Below, piece by piece: positions 23,501 to 31,456 of a DNA stretch of 47,597 nt. The position numbers and the translations under genes are program-made. This stretch comes from a virus. The notes beneath the pieces were generated by a model. It saw only the letters and a program-made list of their open reading frames with translations, made no database searches and was not told the origin of the DNA. Each line of letters begins with the position of its first letter. Within the stretch, counting starts at the first letter, position 1. Where the stretch lies: UHGV virus genome UHGV-1361682. One strand, 5' to 3'.

Positions 23501-23850
23501 AGAGCAAACTCATCCGGAAGCCCCTGCACGCGGTTGCCAAGCCCCTTGGGCTGTCTGGCGTGACCGACCAGCTCACTGGCATGGCCAAGCCACAAGTCCC
23601 CGACGCTGCCACGGCGGCTGTCAACAACGGCCCGTCGCCTGTCGAGCAGTCGCAGATCGCTGCCAACAACGCCATCGCTGCGGCGCAGGCTGCGGCCACG
23701 AACCTTCAGCGGAACTTCTCCCAGAACCTCCAGAACCAGAACGTGTCCCAGGTGGTCCCCGGCGGTGACGCCGCTGTGACCAGTTCCGGCACGTCTGATC
23801 CCCGCCGGAAGCGGGGTCTGCAAGGCGTCTGGTCTTCACTCGGATTCTGA
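23497..23850 (+). CDS. Hypothetical protein, 117 aa, Ala/Gln/Asn-rich (possible virion or assembly protein)
   Basis: In frame in track ORF 23467..23850. ATGA overlap with the previous stop. GAAGG is 9 nt upstream. Confidence 0.5.
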   Translation: MKSKLIRKPLHAVAKPLGLSGVTDQLTGMAKPQVPDAATAAVNNGPSPVEQSQIAANNAIAAAQAAATNLQRNFSQNLQNQNVSQVVPGGDAAVTSSGTSDPRRKRGLQGVWSSLGF

Positions 23851-23853
23851 ACC

Positions 23854-25404
23854 ATGTCTGGCACGTACCTCACCCCAGATGCCGCCTTCACCGAACTGCA
23901 GGATGGCGCTGCGCTGCAGGCGGCCAGAACATACGCCAAGTATACCATCCCGTCCCTCGTACCCCGCCAGGTAGAGGTCGGGACGCGGGAGTCTACACGT
24001 ACGTGTGCTCCCAGCATCGGAGCTACGCTGGTGAACAACCTCGTAGCCAAACTCGTCGATCTCCTCTTTCCAGTCCAAACGCCCTTCTTCTCGCTCTCAT
24101 TCTCTCCGGAGATGATCAAGCGGATTCAAGATGATGGCCTGATATCGCAGGCTGAGGCTGAGGACCGCCTGGTGGAGTTGGCGAGGGCAGCCAAGAGACG
24201 TCTTGATGCCAACCAGGGACGGGCCAGGATGATGCTGGCCCTGTCCCACCTCATCATTGCAGGGAACTGCGCCATCCACCGGGACCAGAAGGCGAACACG
24301 CTTCGGGTGCTGGGGATGGGTAACTTCGTGGTCCAGCGGGACAACATCGGTCGGGTCATCCAGGCCGTGGTCAAGGAGCAGAACTTCTACAAGGCGCTGC
24401 CACCGGACATCAAAGAGGCCCTGGCAGGCACTGGGAAGTCCTACAACGACCGATCGAAGGTGGACATGTACCAGTGGATCGACCTGGAGTGGAGGCCCAA
24501 GCAGGCCGGCTACAGGGTCTCCTACTGGGTGGACTCTGTGCAGTACAAGCCGTCGGAGTGGTACCCGGAGAAGACCTGCCCATGGTTCTTCCCCGTGTGC
24601 AACCTGATCCCGGGCGAGCACTATGGGCGTGGCTACGTCGAGCACTATGGCCCAGACTTCCAGATGTTGGCCGAGCTGTCAGCTGCCCAGCTGTCGTACG
24701 CGCTGAAGATGCTGGAGGTCAGGTGGTTTGCTGACCCCGCCTCCGGTACCCGGATCGACGACCTTGCCAAGTCCGTGGACGGGTCGGTGCTGTCAGGTGC
24801 TCCGAACATGGTAGCCCCTGTGGAGCTGCCTGGTGGGCAGAAGCTGTCGGTGGTCATGGACCTGGTCCAACAGGCACTGATACGACTCCAGAAGCCGTTC
24901 ATGTACACCGGCGAGGTTCGAGCTGCGGACCGCGTGACAGCCTACGAGCTTCAGCGGGATGACCGGGAAGCCGGTCAGCTCCTCGGTGGCGTGTACAGCA
25001 CCTTGGCCTCTGAAGTGCAGGAACCCCTGGCCTACCTTCTGGTATCGGAAGTTGACAAGGCTTTCGAAGTCCATGTCATCTCCGGGAACATTCAAGCGTC
25101 CGTCGTGACGGGGAGTCCTGCCCTTGGCGCCAGCACTGAAGTCGATTCGCTTCTCGAAGCAACGCAGCAGATTGCAGCGGCTATACCTGTCGCTCAGCTT
25201 GATGCTCGTGTGGATTCTAAGCGAGTTGTTGATGTGATCCTGCGTGGGAAGTCCATCCCGCCAAGCCTCATCATGTACACACCGGAAGAGCAGCGTGCCA
25301 ACGAAGAGGCCGCAGCCGCCCAGCAACAGGCCCAGGCCGCTCAGCTTGAAGCCTCAACCGCGGTGGATCAAGCCGCAGCACTTGGACAAGTCTTAGGACA
25401 ATGA
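23854..25404 (+). CDS. Portal (head-tail connector) protein, 516 aa
   Basis: Its size and position as the first large gene of the structural module match T7 gp8 / phiKMV portal. Residue-level homology cannot be verified without a search. Confidence 0.65.
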   Translation: MSGTYLTPDAAFTELQDGAALQAARTYAKYTIPSLVPRQVEVGTRESTRTCAPSIGATLVNNLVAKLVDLLFPVQTPFFSLSFSPEMIKRIQDDGLISQAEAEDRLVELARAAKRRLDANQGRARMMLALSHLIIAGNCAIHRDQKANTLRVLGMGNFVVQRDNIGRVIQAVVKEQNFYKALPPDIKEALAGTGKSYNDRSKVDMYQWIDLEWRPKQAGYRVSYWVDSVQYKPSEWYPEKTCPWFFPVCNLIPGEHYGRGYVEHYGPDFQMLAELSAAQLSYALKMLEVRWFADPASGTRIDDLAKSVDGSVLSGAPNMVAPVELPGGQKLSVVMDLVQQALIRLQKPFMYTGEVRAADRVTAYELQRDDREAGQLLGGVYSTLASEVQEPLAYLLVSEVDKAFEVHVISGNIQASVVTGSPALGASTEVDSLLEATQQIAAAIPVAQLDARVDSKRVVDVILRGKSIPPSLIMYTPEEQRANEEAAAAQQQAQAAQLEASTAVDQAAALGQVLGQ

Positions 25405-25721
25405 GCGTAACTCTGACTCAAGATCAGGTCTCTGCGATCCTGCAGGGCGTGCAAGCCATCGCGAGTGCCCTTCAGAGCCCCGTAAATGCCTCCCAGGAGG
25501 CCATAGAGGCACCCCAGAGCGCTCCGGAACCCGAGGTGGTGCAATCACCTTACCTCGGGTACGAAGAGCGTGTAAGCCCTTCTGGGGCCTTTGCGATGCG
25601 TACCTACGTGAACACGGGGGCAGCACCGAACTGGGATAACCAGGATTCGTCACTGACCGTAAACCTCGCCGGCCTGCCGGCTCATGCTGTTTCTACGTTT
25701 GGAAACCTCTATGTCCAATGA
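25401..25721 (+). CDS. Hypothetical protein, 106 aa
   Basis: ORF track. ATGA overlap with the portal stop. Confidence 0.45.
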   Translation: MSVTLTQDQVSAILQGVQAIASALQSPVNASQEAIEAPQSAPEPEVVQSPYLGYEERVSPSGAFAMRTYVNTGAAPNWDNQDSSLTVNLAGLPAHAVSTFGNLYVQ

Positions 25722-26550
25722 AGACCTCGAACTCGACACAGCTCCGGAGACAAGCAGCGTTCCGGAGAGCCCAGACGTTGCTCCGGTTGCAGAGCCTCAG
25801 CCTGCTGCACCCCAGCCTGCGGCTGAACCGCAACGGGAGGCTCTCGGTAAGCTTGAAGTACCTGGCAAGATCGCTGGATACTCGACCCGAGACGTTGATC
25901 CCCTGACCAGCTCTCTGCTCCAGTCCCTCGTGGCTATGACCCCGGGTGTGAACCTGGACGAGATAATGGGAGACGCTCTGGACTACCTGGACCCGAGTCG
26001 GATCAATGAGCATACGCTGAACCGGCTCCTGCCGGGCCGTAGTGCTGCTGTGAAGGGCATCATCACCCAGATCATCGACTCGGTCGGCAAGCACTACGAG
26101 GGAACGGTAAACGGCATCCTGAACAAGTTCGGTGGCCAGGAGGCGTACCAATCGTACCATCAGCAGTTCACCCAGCACGCACCGAAGTCCATCCAGGACC
26201 AGGTCCAGCAACTCTTCGACAAGAAGACAGTCAAAGGAGCCGAGCAGGCAGCTCAGATCATGTTCGATTTCGTCCAGATGGCCGGCCTGGTGCCGGATGG
26301 GACTGGAAAGACCACCCCAGTCAATGTGAACCCGGTTCCCGCAGGTGGTGGCGGTGCAGGTGGCGCGGGTACGTCGTACGCAGAGATGAAGGAAGCCCTG
26401 CACAAGGCACTGAATGAAGGCAAGCTGGACGCCTTCGACTTCAACGAGGACAGTGAGCAGCTGCTGAAGACCATCCTGGCCCAGCGAGTCCGTGGCAAGG
26501 CACAGGGCCGCCCCGGCAACCTGGCATCCCGCGACATCAACAGGCACTGA
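25711..26550 (+). CDS. Scaffolding protein candidate, 279 aa: acidic, Pro/Ala/Glu-rich N-terminus, Gln-rich
   Basis: Track ORF 25684..26550, with the start moved to ATG 25711. Composition and position between the portal and capsid genes match T7 gp9-type scaffolds. Confidence 0.55.
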   Translation: MSNEDLELDTAPETSSVPESPDVAPVAEPQPAAPQPAAEPQREALGKLEVPGKIAGYSTRDVDPLTSSLLQSLVAMTPGVNLDEIMGDALDYLDPSRINEHTLNRLLPGRSAAVKGIITQIIDSVGKHYEGTVNGILNKFGGQEAYQSYHQQFTQHAPKSIQDQVQQLFDKKTVKGAEQAAQIMFDFVQMAGLVPDGTGKTTPVNVNPVPAGGGGAGGAGTSYAEMKEALHKALNEGKLDAFDFNEDSEQLLKTILAQRVRGKAQGRPGNLASRDINRH

Positions 26551-26551
26551 C

Positions 26552-26737
26552 ATGGCGTACATCATCATCAAGGCCAAGGACCAGGCTGTGCCCCGCAAGA
26601 CTGGGGGCCTCAGCCGGGAACAGGCCAGCGAGTTCATCACGAGCATCAACCCCAAATCGTCCGACCTGAACGCCCAGTTCAAGGAAGTGTACGAAGCCCG
26701 CCATTACGGTAAACTCTCGGAACAAAGGAGCCGATAA
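26552..26737 (+). CDS. Small protein, 61 aa
   Basis: In frame in track ORF 26492..26737. It lies between the scaffold and capsid genes. Its RBS is weak. Confidence 0.35.
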   Translation: MAYIIIKAKDQAVPRKTGGLSREQASEFITSINPKSSDLNAQFKEVYEARHYGKLSEQRSR

Positions 26738-26739
26738 CC

Positions 26740-27735
26740 ATGGCATTCTACTCGAACCAAGAAGCAAACTCTCGTGCTCACTGGGCTGGCGCCAACGCGT
26801 CGGTCGATGTGCACAACGAAATGCTGGAAGCGCTGATCGAACACGGTGTTCGTCAGAACTCCCAGTTCACGCAGAACAAGTGGACCCAGGTGAAGTACAC
26901 CGAGGGTAACACGAACACGATCGGTCACCGGATGATCGGCGGAACCACGACTGGTGTCCGTCAGTACGGCGAGCTGCTGGAACCGAAGCGCATCGTGAAC
27001 GAGAAGGTCATCATGAAGGTTGACCGAGCCGTTTACACGCAGGTCCAGACTGACTTCTTCGATGACTGGACGGCACCGTCCTTCTCGGTGGAGTATGCTG
27101 CCGAGGCTGGCCATGCACAGGCCAAGGAGTATGACACCCTGCACATGCGGATGCTGATCAAGGCCCCGAGCTGGGCGCCCCCGGCATCGCTGACAACCCG
27201 CTTCCCGGTGGGCCAGGCCACGAACATGAACGGCTACAATGCCCTGACTACTCGTGAAGCCAAGGCCAAGATGATCGCCGATCAGCACAGCGAGGCCATC
27301 CTGCGTCTGACGAAGAACGACATTGATCGTTCGGGCCTGATCACGCTGGTGTCCCCGGACATCTACCACGTGCTGTCCTCGTACTGGGATGGTCAGAACG
27401 CTCTGTGGCAAGCCACGGGGGCGGTCAACGACGCGGCTCGTCGTAAGCTGGTACATCTGAACGGCATCCCTGTCTATGAGACGAACCTGTTCCCGACTGG
27501 TGCCGTGGCGTCCAGCCCGATGGGTTCGCAATTCAACCTGTCGTCCGACGAGGCCCGTGGCCAGATCGTGATCTTCGACCCGCGCAAGGTGCTGATCACC
27601 CCGACGGCCAAGGAGCTGTATGGCTTCACTGAGACGTTCCCGTCCCAGCTGCACACCCTGATGACCACAATCCGGATGTTCAACGTGGGTCACAAGAACG
27701 GCGGCTCGGTGCAAGTCCTGCGCCCGGCAGCCTGA
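26740..27735 (+). CDS. Major capsid protein, 331 aa
   Basis: AAGGAG RBS is present. Its size and position match T7 gp10 / phiKMV capsid. A strong hairpin terminator follows, as after T7 gene 10. Confidence 0.75.
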   Translation: MAFYSNQEANSRAHWAGANASVDVHNEMLEALIEHGVRQNSQFTQNKWTQVKYTEGNTNTIGHRMIGGTTTGVRQYGELLEPKRIVNEKVIMKVDRAVYTQVQTDFFDDWTAPSFSVEYAAEAGHAQAKEYDTLHMRMLIKAPSWAPPASLTTRFPVGQATNMNGYNALTTREAKAKMIADQHSEAILRLTKNDIDRSGLITLVSPDIYHVLSSYWDGQNALWQATGAVNDAARRKLVHLNGIPVYETNLFPTGAVASSPMGSQFNLSSDEARGQIVIFDPRKVLITPTAKELYGFTETFPSQLHTLMTTIRMFNVGHKNGGSVQVLRPAA

Positions 27736-27750
27736 TGTAGGCTAACCCGT

Positions 27751-27780
27751 CCCTGCCCTTCGGGGCAGGGGCTCTTCCAA
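27751..27780 (+). terminator. Hairpin terminator after the capsid gene: CCCTGCCCC-TTCG-GGGCAGGG plus GCTCTTCC
   Basis: A 9-bp GC stem with a UUCG tetraloop, read from the sequence. Its position is analogous to the T7 T-phi terminator. Confidence 0.55.
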
Positions 27781-27787
27781 TGAGACT

Positions 27788-28390
27788 ATGGACTTCCTCG
27801 TAGCCGTCAACACGGTGCTCAATCGTCTCGGTGAGGACTCTGTGGCCTCATTGGACGAGTCAAACTCTTCAGTCCCTACTGTACTGCCCCTGTTTGAGAT
27901 GTACAGGGAGCAGCTCCTGCAGCAGGGATGGTACTTCAACAAGTTTCAGATCGAGGTGCCTAAGGACATCGTGTCCAATGGGTACAACCTCGGTCCCCAA
28001 GCGCTGGCCTTCGAACCGACTACGCCTGTCAAGGGCGTACTGTCCAGAGGTGGGCAGTATCTGGTCGATCCCCACTGGGGGAGCATCCAGCACCGTGACA
28101 TGCCGGACAAGATCACAGGTTGGGTCACGACGGACATGAACTGGGAAGAGCTTCCGGTTCTGGCCCAGCAGTGGGTGCTGTGGTCCGTGGCTGCGGACAT
28201 GTGCACCCAGCGCTTCGGTGACCAGTCTGCCCAGACCCAGTTCTGCCTGTCCAAGGTGCAACAGCTTGAGCCCCAGATGCACCTCGACCATGCTCGCTCG
28301 AAGCAGTACAGACTGACGTCCCACCGGGCCTTCGCCTGCGGTGGGGACATCCTGGAATTCAACGGATCGAACTATGTATTTAGAGGATAG
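27788..28390 (+). CDS. Tail tubular protein A (T7 gp11-like), 200 aa
   Basis: The N-terminus (AVNTVLNRLGEDSVASLDESNSS...QQGWYFNKF) follows the T7 gp11 N-terminal pattern. Size and position also fit. Confidence 0.75.
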   Translation: MDFLVAVNTVLNRLGEDSVASLDESNSSVPTVLPLFEMYREQLLQQGWYFNKFQIEVPKDIVSNGYNLGPQALAFEPTTPVKGVLSRGGQYLVDPHWGSIQHRDMPDKITGWVTTDMNWEELPVLAQQWVLWSVAADMCTQRFGDQSAQTQFCLSKVQQLEPQMHLDHARSKQYRLTSHRAFACGGDILEFNGSNYVFRG

Positions 28391-28391
28391 C

Positions 28392-30740
28392 ATGCCCCCG
28401 CTGTGGCAGGGGGTCACCCAGCAAGACCCACAGTTCCACAAGCCTGGGCAGGTGCCAAACCTCGTCAACATGTTGTGCGATCCTGTCACCGGCCTGCGCA
28501 GGCGTCCTGGGATCAGGTCCACTGCGGACTACGCCTTCAACGGCGGCTTCACGAACGACAGCCTGTTCCACCAGGTGGTCGAGGTCTCTGGTACCCAGGT
28601 AATCGTTGGGGTGAACACCCACACTGGCCAGCTGTACCTGTGTGCCCCGACCACTGGGGACGTCTTCACCCAGTGGGGTACGCACGACTACTTCAAGGCT
28701 ACGAACCGGTACTACATCCAGACGGCCATCGTCGGGGACAAGCTGTTCGTGGCCAACCTGGAAAAGAAGCCCACAGTCGAGCGGAACACCACCACACAGT
28801 CCCTGCGTGAGTCCGGCTTTGCCTACGTGGCCTCCGGGGCCTTTGGCAAGACGTTCCAGCTGCAGGTGTCCTTCGCTGGGCCTTCAGTAGGCCGTTCAGT
28901 ATGGTCTGAGTACAAGACCCCTGATGGTTCCCAGCCGGGGGATGCCGAGAAGGCCACGCCCGAGTACATCGCTCACCAGCTGGTGACGAACCTCCAGAAC
29001 ATCGTAATCAACTCCGGCCCCTGGAATGGCAAGAAGGTGTCGGAGATGATTCACATCGCCAACGAGGGTGGGTACATCGCCTTCCGGGCCAACCGTGGGT
29101 CAGGCACAGACCAAATCACATCGGTGACCTCCACCACGGGGGTCACATGGATCGTGACATCAGGTACCGGACATGTGCTTAACTCCGGAATGCTCCCCGG
29201 GGTGAACCACTGGCTGCTGAACGGTGCCGTGTTCCGTGTGGGTTCTGGCGACTCTGCCCCGTACTTCCGGTGGGATGAGAACCGTAAGGCTTGGCTGGAG
29301 ACGGCTGCCCCTGGCAGCATCACAAAGATCAACAACGCTCCCGTGGCTGTCTGGTGGAATGGCACCACGTGGCTGCACAACGCTCCAAACTTCTTCTACG
29401 GCCGGAAGGCTGGGGACGATACGTCGAACCCCGAGTTTGCTTGGCTGACTGAGGGAATCTCAGGCATCTTCGGCTACCAAGGCCGTCTGGGCATCTTGTC
29501 CGGCTCCAAGGTGGCCCTGAGTGCCTCTGGGAAGCCCGACGTGTGGTTCAGGACAACTGTGACTGAGCTGCTGGACTCTGACCCAATCGAGGTGGCCACA
29601 AGCTCCCAGAGCGCCGCTACATACACCCAGGCCATCCAGTACCGCAAGGACGTGCTCATGTTCAGCTCCCAGCACCAGGCTTACATGCCGGGTGCCAACC
29701 GGGTGCTGACCCCGAGGACAGCCACGGTGCAGGGTATCGACCAGTACGGTGCCAACTCCAGGGTAGCTCCACAGGTCGTGGGGCCGACCCTGATGTTCTG
29801 CAGAGACCTGCCAGGTGGGTACACCGGTGTCATGGAGATCAACCCTGCCACCCAGGTGGAGGGTGAGTACCAAATCTTCGACAGCACACCACACCTGCCC
29901 CGCTACTTCAAGGGCAAGGCCCGGTTCTTCCGCGCATCCGCGAATGCCCCGATGGCCGTGATGGCCACGGACAACGACTACACTGAGCTGTTCGTGTATG
30001 AGTACGCCTTCGACGGCCAGGAGCGTATGCAATCTGCCTGGCACAGATGGGTGTTCCGTCACACGATCGTCGATGCCTTCTGGGTTGGGCCTACGCTCTT
30101 TATCGTGCAGGCTGAGGGTGACCGTGTGTTCTATGGGACCATCGACCCCCGCGGGGACGCTGTGGCCTTCCACCTGGACCACTGGAAGAAGATGCACTGG
30201 GATGGCCGCTGGTGGGTCATCCACAACACGAGTGCTCCCAGCTCCCCGTCAGGCGACCAGACGTACTTCTATGCCTCACCGACTGACCCAATGTATGGAT
30301 CTGAGATCATCGGTTCCCCTGCTGTGGGGACGGTGGCAGCAGCTGGTCTAGCCTACATCTCTCGGGTGACTCTGCCAGAGGTTGCCGTGACAGGTACTGA
30401 CGGCCGGCCTGTACCCCTACGGGACAGCACGGTGTTGCGGTATGACATCGGGCTGAACGATGCCTATGCCGTCTGGGCTTACCTTGGACGTGGGCAGTGG
30501 GGCAACCGCAGGACAGACATCCCGACTAAGATCATGACCCTGCAGCCTAGACGGTTCACCAATGGCCGTCTGCAGCTGGGCAGGTCCTGGGTGGTCCCGA
30601 GGGCATATTGTCAGCTCATCACCAGAGTAAAGGCGAACGACCACTACGTCACCCTGGAAGCAGTCTCGGGGTACCGGATGAACATCACCGGTGTGACTTA
30701 TGCATTGCAGTACACACCTCTGTATCCAAGGAGACAGTAA
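28392..30740 (+). CDS. Tail tubular protein B (T7 gp12-like), 782 aa
   Basis: Track ORF 28341..30740. The start is moved to ATG 28392, with AGAGGA 6 nt upstream and adjacent to the previous stop. The N-terminus (GVTQQDPQ...GLRRRP) resembles T7 gp12 (GISQQP...GLQKRP). Confidence 0.75.
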   Translation: MPPLWQGVTQQDPQFHKPGQVPNLVNMLCDPVTGLRRRPGIRSTADYAFNGGFTNDSLFHQVVEVSGTQVIVGVNTHTGQLYLCAPTTGDVFTQWGTHDYFKATNRYYIQTAIVGDKLFVANLEKKPTVERNTTTQSLRESGFAYVASGAFGKTFQLQVSFAGPSVGRSVWSEYKTPDGSQPGDAEKATPEYIAHQLVTNLQNIVINSGPWNGKKVSEMIHIANEGGYIAFRANRGSGTDQITSVTSTTGVTWIVTSGTGHVLNSGMLPGVNHWLLNGAVFRVGSGDSAPYFRWDENRKAWLETAAPGSITKINNAPVAVWWNGTTWLHNAPNFFYGRKAGDDTSNPEFAWLTEGISGIFGYQGRLGILSGSKVALSASGKPDVWFRTTVTELLDSDPIEVATSSQSAATYTQAIQYRKDVLMFSSQHQAYMPGANRVLTPRTATVQGIDQYGANSRVAPQVVGPTLMFCRDLPGGYTGVMEINPATQVEGEYQIFDSTPHLPRYFKGKARFFRASANAPMAVMATDNDYTELFVYEYAFDGQERMQSAWHRWVFRHTIVDAFWVGPTLFIVQAEGDRVFYGTIDPRGDAVAFHLDHWKKMHWDGRWWVIHNTSAPSSPSGDQTYFYASPTDPMYGSEIIGSPAVGTVAAAGLAYISRVTLPEVAVTGTDGRPVPLRDSTVLRYDIGLNDAYAVWAYLGRGQWGNRRTDIPTKIMTLQPRRFTNGRLQLGRSWVVPRAYCQLITRVKANDHYVTLEAVSGYRMNITGVTYALQYTPLYPRRQ

Positions 30741-31453
30741 TGGTATGGTGGATGGCAGCCGCCTTTGCGGCGTCGGCGGCCACGTCGATCCTGGGCAGTC
30801 GGAAGCAGGCCAAGCAGGCCCAGGCTGCTGAGGATTGGCAGAACAGGTCCAATGCCGAGGCTGAGTCCAAGCAGATCATCAAGGATCGGTTGGCCGCATC
30901 GGTGAGGAACGCGTACGCTACGGCTGCCCGGGCTTCGGCCCTGGCAGTCCAGAAGCAGCAGCTGGCCAATGGCCAAGCCAACACGAGGGCCGCAGCTCTG
31001 GCGGCAACTGGGACGGCTCGGGCCAACAATGCTGCAACAGGGACTGAGGGGGCCTCGGCACAAGCCGTGGCCACAGACATCCAGATGAAGATGCAGGCCG
31101 ATATCGATCAGCAGAACCTGAACTACAGTCAGGCTGTTGACGATACGAACCAGGAGCTTGAGACCCAGCTGATGAACACCAGGATTGGCGCTCCTGATGG
31201 TGTCCGGAACTACTACTCCTCTGGGGTGGGCAAGTCCTGGAAGCAAGGTGCCTGGCTTGGCCTGGCCAACGCTGCGATTGGCTTCGGCATGCAGTACATG
31301 AACGCCAAGGCCAGCCTGGGGGCTGGTGCTGCGGACAACACACCCAAGAACCTGGGATCGGGCCTGAGGGCTTCTGTGAACAGGGCTGGGGGCTTCTCAA
31401 CGAACGCTGGTACCGGCCTGAAGATGGGCGGTGGTACTGGCCTACGACTGTAA
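30740..31453 (+). CDS. Internal virion protein A (gp14-like), 237 aa, Ala/Gln-rich
   Basis: In frame in track ORF 30608..31453. ATG 30740 overlaps the TAA of the previous gene, with AAGGAGA upstream. It is the first of three consecutive internal-core-sized genes. Confidence 0.6.
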   Translation: MVWWMAAAFAASAATSILGSRKQAKQAQAAEDWQNRSNAEAESKQIIKDRLAASVRNAYATAARASALAVQKQQLANGQANTRAAALAATGTARANNAATGTEGASAQAVATDIQMKMQADIDQQNLNYSQAVDDTNQELETQLMNTRIGAPDGVRNYYSSGVGKSWKQGAWLGLANAAIGFGMQYMNAKASLGAGAADNTPKNLGSGLRASVNRAGGFSTNAGTGLKMGGGTGLRL

Positions 31454-31456
31454 AAC

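Noticed and set aside
27700-27740. T7-like -1 frameshift site at the end of the capsid gene (10A/10B analogue)
   Set aside because: No slippery heptamer (X XXY YYZ) or downstream extended frame is present near the capsid stop.
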